Source: an uncultured Eubacteriales bacterium
GTDB taxonomy: Bacteria; Bacillota; Clostridia; Oscillospirales; Oscillospiraceae
Assembly: GCA_900549485.1 (NCBI GenBank)
Contig: UROG01000002.1
Location: 17,475 to 81,474, forward strand
Direction of reading: 5' to 3'
DNA: 64,000 bases
A program made the position numbers and the translations under genes. Under the pieces are notes generated by a model. It did not search any database, was not told the DNA's origin, and saw only the letters and a list, made by a program, of their open reading frames with translations. Shown piece by piece: positions 20,657 through 29,870 of the stretch. Every line of letters starts with the position of its first letter. Position 1 is the stretch's first letter.

Positions 20657-20692
20657 GTTCATTGTTAATGAACTTATTTGAGAAAGGAGGCG

Positions 20693-20869
20693 ATGCGAAT
20701 GGGCAATCAGGATGTAAAAATTAATCTCGACCTCGTGCCTGAAAGCCAACATCTTAGATTGGCAGGACTGTTTTTTGCAGCCATGCAAGAATTTTTTGAT
20801 AATCCTGAAAACGAGGCCGAGTTCCAGCAATGGAAAGCTGAGCAAAGCAAGAAAGGAGGGCCATTATGA
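20693..20869 (+). CDS. hypothetical protein
   Basis: Small ORF with AAAGGAGG RBS. Overlaps the next gene's start (ATGATGG). Confidence 0.3.
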   Translation: MRMGNQDVKINLDLVPESQHLRLAGLFFAAMQEFFDNPENEAEFQQWKAEQSKKGGPL

Positions 20870-21381
20870 TGGCGAAAAAAGAAGAGGCCGCTGTGCTGGC
20901 ACACAACGACCCCAAGGCATTAAACCCGGAAGATATTGTAGCAACATTTGAGAGCGCTGTCAATCGCAACGACCTGAACGCGGCGCTTGCTGCGGTCGGC
21001 CTGAGCACAAAAGAGGCGACGATACTCCTGAGTAAGTATTTCCCGTCTCTGGATAAACCGGTGCTCTCAAAGTGCGCGAGCCCAAACAAGTATGGATGCG
21101 TTTTGCATCCTCACGGTTATGTTGTCCTGCGTAGTTTGCTGAACATCCCTGCACCGGAGGCGCAGCAGGATAAAAAGGCGCAAGAAGACAAGCCGCGCAG
21201 GCAGCGCAAAAAGCAGGACCATCTATTTACCTGCCGCGTGGCCGGTAGGCTTCCAGATGAGAAGTACCTGTTGTTGCAACGGTACATACGCATGGAAGGC
21301 TACGAAACAACGCAGGACTGGGTAACGGCGCAGGTAGACAGCTTCATTGAGAAGATGGAGGCCAAGTATGGAAATACCTGA
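20866..21381 (+). CDS. hypothetical phage protein
   Basis: 171 aa ORF in the early operon. Basic central region. Confidence 0.4.
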   Translation: MMAKKEEAAVLAHNDPKALNPEDIVATFESAVNRNDLNAALAAVGLSTKEATILLSKYFPSLDKPVLSKCASPNKYGCVLHPHGYVVLRSLLNIPAPEAQQDKKAQEDKPRRQRKKQDHLFTCRVAGRLPDEKYLLLQRYIRMEGYETTQDWVTAQVDSFIEKMEAKYGNT

Positions 21382-21449
21382 CGACCCCATTATTCGTTCC
21401 ATTGAACGAACGGGCTATCCCCCTTGGATAGACCCGGACTATACAGACG

Positions 21450-21707
21450 ATGAATCTGAGGAGGATGACGATGATTTGTGACTGGATAAACAGGCATTTG
21501 CCATGGCTTGTTAAGACCATCGGCAATATGAGTCTCAAAGGGCAAATCACGCTTGCGGCGGTTGTCCTGTTTGTGGTCGTTGCCGGCTGGACGCTCATAA
21601 AAAATCGTGCATTCGTAGCCGTTCTGTTGAGTGACGATGAACCGTATGATGCCGGATGGATGGAGTATGATGCTTGGTTCGACACACGACCGGAAAGGAA
21701 GAGATAA
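21450..21707 (+). CDS. hypothetical membrane protein
   Basis: One predicted TM segment (ITLAAVVLFVVVAGWTLI). Confidence 0.3.
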   Translation: MNLRRMTMICDWINRHLPWLVKTIGNMSLKGQITLAAVVLFVVVAGWTLIKNRAFVAVLLSDDEPYDAGWMEYDAWFDTRPERKR

Positions 21708-21982
21708 TGGCGAAATTTTATTTTACCTACGGCACAAGCGGACAGCCCTATTTCGGAGGTTGGACGGAAGTTGTAGCCCCAAACAGGAATGTCGCGTGTG
21801 CGGCATTCAGAGCGGTGCATCCCGACAAAACCGATGGGCTGCTGAATTGCAGCTCAGTCTACTCCGAAGAGCAGTTCGACAAGACCCAAATGGCAGGGAG
21901 CAAAGGAAACTTCGGCTATTTCTGCCATGAGGTAATTTCTGTTGTGATAACAAGGACGAAGGGAGAACACGCAAATGATTAA
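21707..21982 (+). CDS. hypothetical protein
   Basis: Starts MAKFYFTYG with a GGAAGAG RBS. Confidence 0.35.
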   Translation: MAKFYFTYGTSGQPYFGGWTEVVAPNRNVACAAFRAVHPDKTDGLLNCSSVYSEEQFDKTQMAGSKGNFGYFCHEVISVVITRTKGEHAND

Positions 21983-22256
21983 CGTTTACAGGGGCTCAAT
22001 ACAGATTGTCGGTACTCCTGATGAGTTATTTCAGGATCTCGCGGATGCTATTGGCGGCGTAAAAAGAGCTTTCAGGAACGGCGGAGAATCTGAGGCGCAG
22101 ATTGAAATGATGGTCAATGATGCCGTCCGCATGGCTGACATGACCGAGGCTGAGCGTGTTGACGCCCTGCTCAAAGATATTGAAAAGCTTAGCTCCGAGT
22201 GGCTTGCTGCGCTCGGGGAGACGACGAGAAAAAATGGAGGTAACACCAATGATTAA
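21975..22256 (+). CDS. hypothetical protein
   Basis: 93 aa ORF, translationally coupled to its neighbours. Confidence 0.35.
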   Translation: MINVYRGSIQIVGTPDELFQDLADAIGGVKRAFRNGGESEAQIEMMVNDAVRMADMTEAERVDALLKDIEKLSSEWLAALGETTRKNGGNTND

Positions 22257-23190
22257 AAAGCCCGAAGAAATGACATTTTCCGACAAGAAGTTCTCTATGC
22301 TGCTGTACGGAGCGCCGGGCGTCGGAAAAACCACTCTGGCCTTATCGGCACCTGACCCTATCATCATCGATTTTGACCGCGGCATGAGCCGCGTCAAGGC
22401 GCAGCACCGCAAAACCGCCATCTTCTGTGACAACTATGAGGAAGTCCTCACCGACATCAAATCCCCGGAGGTCTCCGACTGCCAGACGCTCATTATTGAC
22501 ACTGGCGGCAGCTTCGTGACCTTTTTGCAGGATTGGGCCATGAGGACAAATCCCACCGTCAATCGGCAGAAGAACGGCGCTATCTCCCTCAAGGGATTTG
22601 GCGCGGTGAAGTCCGAATTCAGCCGCTTTACATCCATGGTGAAAGACGTGATGAACAAGAACATCATCTATGTATTTCACTCTCAGGAGCAGCAGGACAA
22701 GGACGGCAACGCACAGCAGCGGCTTATGTGCGAGGGCGCAGCGAAAAACATAGTCTGGACGCCCTGCGATTTCGGCGGCTACGTGCAGATGATAGGAGAT
22801 CAGCGTGTTATCTGCTTTTCTCCTGAGCAGGAGTTCTTCGCTAAGGGATGTCACGGGATAAACGGCAAGTACACAATCCCCAATCTCGGCGACGCTGACA
22901 GCAATGATTTTCTGACGCGGATATTTGACAAGGCAAAGGCGAATATCGAGGCCGAAAATGAAGCGTTTGCCCCTATCCGGGAGCAGTACGACAAGACGAT
23001 GATCCAGGTGCAGGACATTATTGAGAACATCGTCGATGCGGAAACGGCCAATGCAGCCGTCTCAAGTATACCTGCGCTTGAGCACGTTCTGACTTCTGAG
23101 AAAGAAGCTCGCGCCATGCTCAAAGCCAGGACTGATGAACTCGGCCTTAAGTACACCAAATCTGGAGGCTATGTTCCCAAGGAGGCGTAA
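22249..23190 (+). CDS. Sak4-like AAA/RecA-fold ATPase (phage recombination protein)
   Basis: Walker A motif LLYGAPGVGKTTLA near the N-terminus. About 310 aa, typical of Sak4-like ssDNA-annealing ATPases. GGAGG RBS. Confidence 0.65.
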   Translation: MIKKPEEMTFSDKKFSMLLYGAPGVGKTTLALSAPDPIIIDFDRGMSRVKAQHRKTAIFCDNYEEVLTDIKSPEVSDCQTLIIDTGGSFVTFLQDWAMRTNPTVNRQKNGAISLKGFGAVKSEFSRFTSMVKDVMNKNIIYVFHSQEQQDKDGNAQQRLMCEGAAKNIVWTPCDFGGYVQMIGDQRVICFSPEQEFFAKGCHGINGKYTIPNLGDADSNDFLTRIFDKAKANIEAENEAFAPIREQYDKTMIQVQDIIENIVDAETANAAVSSIPALEHVLTSEKEARAMLKARTDELGLKYTKSGGYVPKEA

Positions 23191-23193
23191 GTC

Positions 23194-23811
23194 ATGGCTC
23201 GATACCTTGTAACTCAAACGCTGCTGTCCTCATGGGCGTATGTCTATAACTGCTGGGATGGGTTGGAGGATGACGCAATGGCTGACTTCATGCACACACT
23301 GAACCGAGAGCCGGTAGCGCCGACAGACGCAATGCAGGAGGGCATAGACTTTGAGAACGAAGTTTATAAGGCCGCAGCGGGTATGGCTCGTCAGCCTCAT
23401 GCAAAATGGGAAACTGGTATTCAGGCCGTTGCAACGATACTCCGCGGCGCACAGACACAGGTCAAAGCACAGCGAGATATCAATGTCCACGGCATGGACT
23501 TCCTCGTATACGGCATTCTCGACGGCCTTAAAGCTGGCGTTATATACGATGTCAAGAAGAAATCCAAGAGCTTTGGTTCGCTTGAGCTTGCCGGAGGATA
23601 TTTTGACAGCGCGCAGCACCCGGCCTACTTCTACATAGTCCCGGAAGCCTATGAGTTTCAGTATCTTGTGAGTGACGGTCAGGACCTCTATATCGAAAAG
23701 TACCGCCCAGAGGCGTGTAGACCCATATCAGAGATTATAGAGGAATTCATCGTTTCCATTGAAGCGATGGGGCTGCTGCCGTTGTACAAGCAGAAATGGG
23801 CAGCAAAATGA
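23194..23811 (+). CDS. hypothetical protein, possible PD-(D/E)xK nuclease
   Basis: GILDG ... IYDVKKK motif arrangement is compatible with a PD-(D/E)xK fold. This is inference only. Confidence 0.35.
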   Translation: MARYLVTQTLLSSWAYVYNCWDGLEDDAMADFMHTLNREPVAPTDAMQEGIDFENEVYKAAAGMARQPHAKWETGIQAVATILRGAQTQVKAQRDINVHGMDFLVYGILDGLKAGVIYDVKKKSKSFGSLELAGGYFDSAQHPAYFYIVPEAYEFQYLVSDGQDLYIEKYRPEACRPISEIIEEFIVSIEAMGLLPLYKQKWAAK

Positions 23812-24326
23812 AAGGCCGACTTATTGATTTCTCAACCGGCTATAACCGCAAACAGCGCATTACACTCGAAATAGAAAGCGACTTCCGCGAGGGCTATGAA
23901 GCCCTCAAAGAAGCCGAGCTTGAAATCAGCATCAAAAAATGGCGCAGGAAGCGTAGCAAAGACGCGAACGCATATTTTCATGTGCTGGTGAATGCCATTG
24001 CTGAAGCTCGAGGCATTTCTGATGAAGAAGTGAAGCGGTCGCTCGTTGTGGATTATGGCTCTCTCGCCAGAGACGATGATGGCAAAATCATAGGATTCAA
24101 ACTGCCCTCAGGCGTTGATGTCAGTTTTATCTATCCATATACAAAGCTGTACCAGACCATAGAGGAAAACGGGAAAAGCTTTAACTGCTATCTTGTCTAT
24201 AAGCATAGCGCTGATATGGACTCTAAAGAAATGGCGCGTCTCATAGATGGAGCCGTCGAAGAGGCAAAAGAACTCGGCATCGATACTGACACACCAGAAG
24301 AAAGAGCGAGGTGGAACAGCTATTAA
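23796..24326 (+). CDS. hypothetical phage protein
   Basis: 176 aa ORF. The start is ambiguous (23796 or 23808). Confidence 0.4.
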   Translation: MGSKMKGRLIDFSTGYNRKQRITLEIESDFREGYEALKEAELEISIKKWRRKRSKDANAYFHVLVNAIAEARGISDEEVKRSLVVDYGSLARDDDGKIIGFKLPSGVDVSFIYPYTKLYQTIEENGKSFNCYLVYKHSADMDSKEMARLIDGAVEEAKELGIDTDTPEERARWNSY

Positions 24327-24711
24327 AAAAGTAATTTGTGATTACTGCGGCAGACCCGCAAAGCTGTGTGACAGCAAAATCGTCTATGGCCGCAGTCACG
24401 GGAAAATCTATTACTGTGGTTGTTGCAACGCCTATGTTGGATGCCACAAAGGAACCACGAAGCCACTCGGGCGGCTTGCAAATGCGGAGCTTCGATACTG
24501 GAAGAAAGCCGCTCACGCAGTATTTGATCCGCTTTGGCGGTATGGATGTTTCAAAGGGCACCGGAATGCAGCGTATGTGTGGCTTGCTCAGGAAATGGGC
24601 ATTCCGCCTGAAAAGACGCATATCGGGATGTTCGATGTATCACAGTGCCGCAAGGCAATCGAAATCATAAACAAAGAATTCAAAGGAGACTATCGACATG
24701 GAAAACTCTGA
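24247..24711 (+). CDS. zinc-finger domain protein
   Basis: CDYCGRPA...C...YYCGCCNAYVGCH cysteine clusters. The only in-frame ATG gives an 80-nt overlap with the upstream gene. Confidence 0.35.
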   Translation: MEPSKRQKNSASILTHQKKERGGTAIKKVICDYCGRPAKLCDSKIVYGRSHGKIYYCGCCNAYVGCHKGTTKPLGRLANAELRYWKKAAHAVFDPLWRYGCFKGHRNAAYVWLAQEMGIPPEKTHIGMFDVSQCRKAIEIINKEFKGDYRHGKL

Positions 24712-24880
24712 ACAGTTCGTCACTATACCTCTCGAAGAGTACAACAAGCTCGTTGTTGCAAGAAGCGGCATTGACCTAATCGGGCAGTCTATCGGCAGAT
24801 ACGGTGCAGACCGCACGATTGTCTGCGCTGTTTGCAAGTCCTTTGGCTATGAGTACAAAGAGGAGACCGAGGATGCTTAA
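24698..24880 (+). CDS. hypothetical protein
   Basis: 60 aa ORF with CxxC near the C-terminus. Confidence 0.3.
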   Translation: MENSEQFVTIPLEEYNKLVVARSGIDLIGQSIGRYGADRTIVCAVCKSFGYEYKEETEDA

Positions 24881-25307
24881 CCATATCGTCATCATGGGAA
24901 GGCTGACGCGAGACCCAGATTTGCGGTATACGCAGTCACAGCTTCCGGTCGTGTCTTTCACACTTGCTGTTGACCGAGACTTTTCAGGAAAAGACGGCGG
25001 CGAGAAGCAGACCGATTTCATTGATTGTGTGGCGTGGCGTTCTACGGCCGAATTCATCAGCAAGTATTTCGCCAAGGGAAGCATGGCAGCCGTCTCCGGG
25101 CGGCTTCAGCTCCGAGACTGGACGGACCGCGAGGGCGGCAAGCGCCGCAGCGCCGAGGTCATTGTTGACAACATATACTTCGGTGGAAGCAAGAAGGACA
25201 ATCCTGCTGCATCCCAGAGCGCCCCGCAGCAGAGTCATTCAGCCCCGGCATATGAGCAGTCACGCTTCGTAGAAATGGACGACGGCGATGAAGAACTCCC
25301 GTTCTGA
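24873..25307 (+). CDS. ssb: single-stranded DNA-binding protein
   Basis: OB-fold SSB sequence (NHIVIMGRLTRDPDLRYT...FIDCVAWR) with an acidic C-terminal tail DDGDEELPF. AGGAGA RBS. Confidence 0.88.
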   Translation: MLNHIVIMGRLTRDPDLRYTQSQLPVVSFTLAVDRDFSGKDGGEKQTDFIDCVAWRSTAEFISKYFAKGSMAAVSGRLQLRDWTDREGGKRRSAEVIVDNIYFGGSKKDNPAASQSAPQQSHSAPAYEQSRFVEMDDGDEELPF

Positions 25308-25324
25308 TTGCAGGAGAGCAAAAC

Positions 25325-26167
25325 GTGGCAACAGGTAAAAGATACTACTGGATGAAGCTCAAAGAGTCGTTTATGACTTCGGACACGATCGACTACTTCA
25401 TGGGGCAGCCAGACGGTGCAAACTATGTTGTTCTCTATCAAATGCTCTGCCTTAAGACCATCAATACGGATGGTAGGCTATCCAGACAAATCGGCGAGGT
25501 CATTATCCCGTTCGATATTGAGAAAATCAGGCGTGATTGCAAGTGGTTTTCCGCTGATACCATCCGTATTGCTCTTAATCTCTATAAGGCGTTCGGCCTC
25601 ATATATGAGGATGTGGACGGAACGCTGGTTCTTGCAGATCATAAAAATCTGGTTGGCAGCGAAACTGACTATGCTGAGAAAAATAGGCGTTTACGAGCCA
25701 AAGGGACAGCTGCACCAGCTCTGCCAGATGGACACAACGTGTCCCCGGATGTGTCTGACGATGAGGCTGAAACTGTGTCCACAGATAATAGAGATAAAGA
25801 GAATAGAGATAAGAGTTTAGATATCAGAGGTATAGAGAACAGAAATAAGAAAGAGAAAAAAGCTGACGCTTTTTCTGTTTTCGCGGCCGAGGACAGCGAG
25901 TTGCTTTCCGCACTCCGTGATTTTGAAAAAATGCGCAATAAAATCAAGAAGCCGCTGACCGACCGGGCAAAAACTATGCTCATCAACAAGCTCAGAAAGG
26001 AATTTCACCCTGAAGATTGGATACCTGCTTTAGAGAGGAGCATATCCCACTGCTGGCAGGATATTTATCCAGTCAGCGAGCGGGATATCTATTGGCCGCA
26101 AAGCCGCTCTGCAATGGATGACCTGAAAGAGCTGCACGAGCTTTTCGACAGGGAGGATGATATATGA
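25325..26167 (+). CDS. phage replisome organizer (N-terminal domain) protein
   Basis: N-terminus KRYYWMKLKESFMTSDTIDYF matches the phage_rep_org_N family. Low-complexity acidic linker. Confidence 0.6.
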   Translation: MATGKRYYWMKLKESFMTSDTIDYFMGQPDGANYVVLYQMLCLKTINTDGRLSRQIGEVIIPFDIEKIRRDCKWFSADTIRIALNLYKAFGLIYEDVDGTLVLADHKNLVGSETDYAEKNRRLRAKGTAAPALPDGHNVSPDVSDDEAETVSTDNRDKENRDKSLDIRGIENRNKKEKKADAFSVFAAEDSELLSALRDFEKMRNKIKKPLTDRAKTMLINKLRKEFHPEDWIPALERSISHCWQDIYPVSERDIYWPQSRSAMDDLKELHELFDREDDI

Positions 26168-26685
26168 CAAAAAAGGAAATGACAGAGATTTTCGCTGTCA
26201 TGAAATTAGCCTATCCGAATGCCGAAATGTTCAAGGGCGGCATAGAGACGCTCAAGCCCACGATTGAGCTTTGGGCTTCCTGCCTGGCAGATGTGGACTT
26301 TTGGACAGGGCAGCAAGCTCTTGCCCGTGTTTGCCGGGAGTGCAAATTTCCGCCGACGATTGCCGAATTCAGGACGCAGGCCAAGGCCGCAGCAAAAGCT
26401 TTTGATTTAACTGTGAATCGGTATATCAACGACTTGCGCACGGCTGATTACATAGAGGGCTTAGACGTGTACTATGCGCGGCTTGCTCCCGGCGACCCGC
26501 TCAAAAGAGCAATCGACCTTATGGGCGGTGTGTCAAAGCTCATAACCACCTACGATCATGCAGGAGAATCAAAATCGATATGGAATTGGGCTCAGTTCGA
26601 GACCTGCCTGAAAGAAGCCATGCACAGCGGCGACGCGCTGAGCGGCAAATCGTCAAGTGCGCTGCCGGCCGCAAGAAAGGAGTAG
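26164..26685 (+). CDS. putative replicative helicase loader/inhibitor (G39P-like)
   Basis: Position directly after the replisome organizer and weak resemblance to the G39P loader family. This is inference only. Confidence 0.35.
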   Translation: MTKKEMTEIFAVMKLAYPNAEMFKGGIETLKPTIELWASCLADVDFWTGQQALARVCRECKFPPTIAEFRTQAKAAAKAFDLTVNRYINDLRTADYIEGLDVYYARLAPGDPLKRAIDLMGGVSKLITTYDHAGESKSIWNWAQFETCLKEAMHSGDALSGKSSSALPAARKE

Positions 26686-26687
26686 CG

Positions 26688-26870
26688 ATGTCGATAGAGC
26701 AAAAAAACAAAATCTGTGCGATCACGGCATTCCTCGGCGCGGGCTTTGCAATAGGCGCCATAACCGGGATGATGGGCGGCCATATCTCCATAGGCGATGG
26801 CATTCGGCAATTTCTGATTGCAACGCTTATGCTTATAGGCGGCATTTGCGGCGGAGGACATCGGGGATGA
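26688..26870 (+). CDS. small membrane protein
   Basis: AAGGAG RBS. Two glycine-rich TM segments. Confidence 0.3.
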   Translation: MSIEQKNKICAITAFLGAGFAIGAITGMMGGHISIGDGIRQFLIATLMLIGGICGGGHRG

Positions 26871-27292
26871 ACATCCATATCACGATACCCGGAGAGCCAA
26901 AAGGTAAAGAACGCCCGCGATACAGCAGCAAGAGCAAAACCATCTACACGCCGGCGAAAACCGAGAATTATGAAAAGCTGATTGCTGATACATACAAGGC
27001 TGAATATGGCAATCTCAAATTCTCGGCCGGTGAGCCGCTGGAAATGCGCATATTGGCGTACATCGGCATTCCAGCGTCAGATACCGTTTCAGCGCGTTTG
27101 AAAAAGCTGCGCAAAGAAACCAGACCGACAAAAAAGCCGGACTGGGATAACATCGGGAAAATCGTTGCCGATGCCCTTAATGGCGTCGCATATCACGATG
27201 ATGCGCAGGTCGTTGATGCAGTAACGCGCAAATTCTACTCAGACAATCCGCGAGTAGAAATAGTCATTCGCCCGGCGCGCAGAGAAAAGTAA
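26867..27292 (+). CDS. rusA: RusA-family crossover junction endodeoxyribonuclease
   Basis: MNIHITIPGEPKGKERPR...YHDDAQVV matches the RusA Holliday junction resolvase family. Confidence 0.75.
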   Translation: MNIHITIPGEPKGKERPRYSSKSKTIYTPAKTENYEKLIADTYKAEYGNLKFSAGEPLEMRILAYIGIPASDTVSARLKKLRKETRPTKKPDWDNIGKIVADALNGVAYHDDAQVVDAVTRKFYSDNPRVEIVIRPARREK

Positions 27293-27315
27293 ATTTAATC
27301 AACTACGAAAGGAAA

Positions 27316-27723
27316 ATGATAATGAGCAACGCAGTAGAACTTTCCCTTGAGAGTGAGGCTTTCAATGCATTCAAGGCTGATTTTAAGCAGCTCCTCAACA
27401 GCACCCTCAACACCATGCAGCAGAAAGATGTTGAGAATGCGTCCATTACGGCCAAGTTCGAGATAAGTCTCCAGACTGGCGGTAATCCCAATCTCAGAGC
27501 ACCCGACAGTGAGGATGAGCGCGAAATCATCATGCCGATGTTCAAGCACAAAATCACGGCGGCAATGCAGCTCAAGGCCGAAAAGAGCGGATTCCTCGGC
27601 GGTCCAGATTTCGAGCTTGTATGGGATAGAAATTCTGGCACATTCGCCATGATTCCCATCGGCAGCGATCAGACTTCCATTTTTGATGAACTCTATGAGG
27701 ACGAGGAGGGTGAAGAGGTATGA
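27316..27723 (+). CDS. hypothetical protein
   Basis: 135 aa with an acidic C-terminus. Confidence 0.4.
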   Translation: MIMSNAVELSLESEAFNAFKADFKQLLNSTLNTMQQKDVENASITAKFEISLQTGGNPNLRAPDSEDEREIIMPMFKHKITAAMQLKAEKSGFLGGPDFELVWDRNSGTFAMIPIGSDQTSIFDELYEDEEGEEV

Positions 27724-27902
27724 CCGGCAAGGATATAGAGATAGCCAAGCTCAGACGGCAGAACGAAAAGCTGAGAACCGACCTCGCTTTTGCGCTGAAA
27801 AATCCTGTGCAGGGCTGTAAAGTATGCAAATTCCGCGATGCTGACTGCTCTCGCAGCGGCCAGGACTGCCGCCCTGAATGGAGGGGAGAATCTATTGGAT
27901 GA
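27720..27902 (+). CDS. hypothetical protein
   Basis: 60 aa ORF, coupled to the previous gene (ATGA overlap). Confidence 0.3.
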   Translation: MTGKDIEIAKLRRQNEKLRTDLAFALKNPVQGCKVCKFRDADCSRSGQDCRPEWRGESIG

Positions 27903-28077
27903 CAAATATGTTTATATCTGCACCATGAATGGCTGCGGATTCGGCAAAGGCAATATGCCAAGATGCCGCCGCTGCGGATTCGAGGAAAAGGAGGCAGAGC
28001 GCCGCAAGGCGCTCCCCCTCATAAAAGGTGAAGACGGTCTCATGCGTAAGCACGTCGGCATAAGCAGCGATGAGTGA
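27895..28077 (+). CDS. zinc-ribbon protein
   Basis: Possible TTG start 6 nt after GGAGGGGAG. CxxC...CxxC motifs. Confidence 0.25.
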   Translation: MDDKYVYICTMNGCGFGKGNMPRCRRCGFEEKEAERRKALPLIKGEDGLMRKHVGISSDE

Positions 28078-28366
28078 AAAAGGATACTGCTGGCTTTGCG
28101 GACGAAACGGCGCGCAAGACCCACTTGACAGGCATCACATATTCGGCGGCGCATATAGAGACAAATCCGAAAAATACGGGCTTGTTGTAATGCTCTGCCA
28201 TGATAGTTGCCACATATTCGGCAAGTATGCCGTACACAGAAACGCCGATACAATGCGGGAACTTCGGCAATATGGGCAGCAGATAGCAATGGAACGCTTC
28301 GGCTGGACGATAGAGGACTTCCGCAGAGAATTCGGAAAAAACTATTTGGAGGATAAATATGTTTGA
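28070..28366 (+). CDS. hypothetical protein with HNH-like Cys/His motif
   Basis: CWLCG...RHHIFGG...CHDSCH arrangement. Confidence 0.35.
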   Translation: MSEKGYCWLCGRNGAQDPLDRHHIFGGAYRDKSEKYGLVVMLCHDSCHIFGKYAVHRNADTMRELRQYGQQIAMERFGWTIEDFRREFGKNYLEDKYV

Positions 28367-29870
28367 AAATACGACAAACAGTCAGATGGTGTATCTGAGC
28401 ATAGACGAACTTTTCCCTCATCCCGATAACCCCCGCAGGGAACTTGGAGATCTGACGGAGCTTGCAGACAGCATTAAGCAGAACGGCGTTCTTCAGAATC
28501 TGACCGTTGTTCCCCGTATGGCCACAAGTGAGCTTACCGCTGAGTCTTGTCAGCAGGGTTATACCGTAATCATCGGCCATCGCCGTTTAGCTGCCGCAAA
28601 GCTCGCCGGGCTGAGTAAACTGCCCTGTGTCGTTATGGAAATGACCGAGAAAGAGCAGATTCAGACAATGCTGGTAGAGAACATGCAGCGCTCAGATTTG
28701 ACCGTCTATGAAGAAGCGCAGGGCTTTCAGATGATGCTTGATCTCGGCGAGACGGTTGAGACTATCGCAGAAAAATCCGGCTTTTCACAGTCCACTGTGC
28801 GCCGCCGCGTGAAGCTGCTTGACTTGGACAAGGATAAATTTAAGCGAGCTGAGAGCCGCGGCGCGACGCTGGAAGACTATGCCGCCCTCGACAAGGTCAA
28901 AAATACAGACACCAAGAATCAGGTGCTCGATACCATAGGAACGCCGAATTTTCAGAATGAACTCAAAAAGGCTCTGGCTGAACAGCGGTATCTTGAACGC
29001 CGTGATGAATGGCTCAATGTTATAAAGACCTTTGCTGTTGAAAATGCAAATTGTGAGATTTCTACGCACAAATACATCTGCAATTATGGCAGGTGGAATC
29101 TGTCTGCCGAGGTCAAAATCCCGGATGACGCTGACAAAGTCAAATATTATTACACAGTCAGCAGTATGCAGATAGACATCTACCGCGACAAAGATGATGC
29201 CCGTGAGGACGCAGAGCGTGCAAAGCGCGAGGAAGAGCGCCGCCAGAGTGAACAGATCGGATATGGGTTTGAGAGCATTACAAGCGCGCACTTCGAGCTC
29301 CGTTCCGAGTTTGTAAAAGGTCTGAGCAACGCAGTCTGCAAGAAGCACATGAAGGAAATCAGCTCCTTTGCAATGAAAGTGCTTTGGCTGATGTCCAGCG
29401 GCGGATATACCCATCCGAAAATTGACGCAAAGCTTTGCGCATCGTGCCTCAATGTGAAGATAGAGGGAGACTACACGGATGACGAATTCTCCCTTGAAGA
29501 TGAAACTGGATTTGTGAGCGCGTCAGAGGCTATGCCTGAAAAGCTCATTCTTTGCATGATATATTCCGCTGCTGACGGACGAGGCAAGGGCTATTGGTGC
29601 CGCAACTGGAAAGACGGCAAGTTTGCCTATGGGCATAAAGAAAACGAAATGCTCACAAGCATATATGAGTTGCTTGAAGCGCTTGGATATGAGGTATCCG
29701 ACGAAGAAACGCTTATGCGGACTGGCTGCGCTGACATTTTCGAGCTGTATTGCAACGACGATACCCCGGCTATGGAAAGCAACGAGCTTGACGAGAAAGA
29801 TGATAACGACTTCGATGACGCTATTCGGGAAAAGCTCAAGGATACTGTCGGTGATGTCGATGGAGTATAA
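28359..29870 (+). CDS. ParB/Srx-like nuclease domain protein
   Basis: N-terminal ParB motif IIGHRRLAAA preceded by LSIDELFPHPDNPR. Long C-terminal extension. Confidence 0.65.
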   Translation: MFENTTNSQMVYLSIDELFPHPDNPRRELGDLTELADSIKQNGVLQNLTVVPRMATSELTAESCQQGYTVIIGHRRLAAAKLAGLSKLPCVVMEMTEKEQIQTMLVENMQRSDLTVYEEAQGFQMMLDLGETVETIAEKSGFSQSTVRRRVKLLDLDKDKFKRAESRGATLEDYAALDKVKNTDTKNQVLDTIGTPNFQNELKKALAEQRYLERRDEWLNVIKTFAVENANCEISTHKYICNYGRWNLSAEVKIPDDADKVKYYYTVSSMQIDIYRDKDDAREDAERAKREEERRQSEQIGYGFESITSAHFELRSEFVKGLSNAVCKKHMKEISSFAMKVLWLMSSGGYTHPKIDAKLCASCLNVKIEGDYTDDEFSLEDETGFVSASEAMPEKLILCMIYSAADGRGKGYWCRNWKDGKFAYGHKENEMLTSIYELLEALGYEVSDEETLMRTGCADIFELYCNDDTPAMESNELDEKDDNDFDDAIREKLKDTVGDVDGV

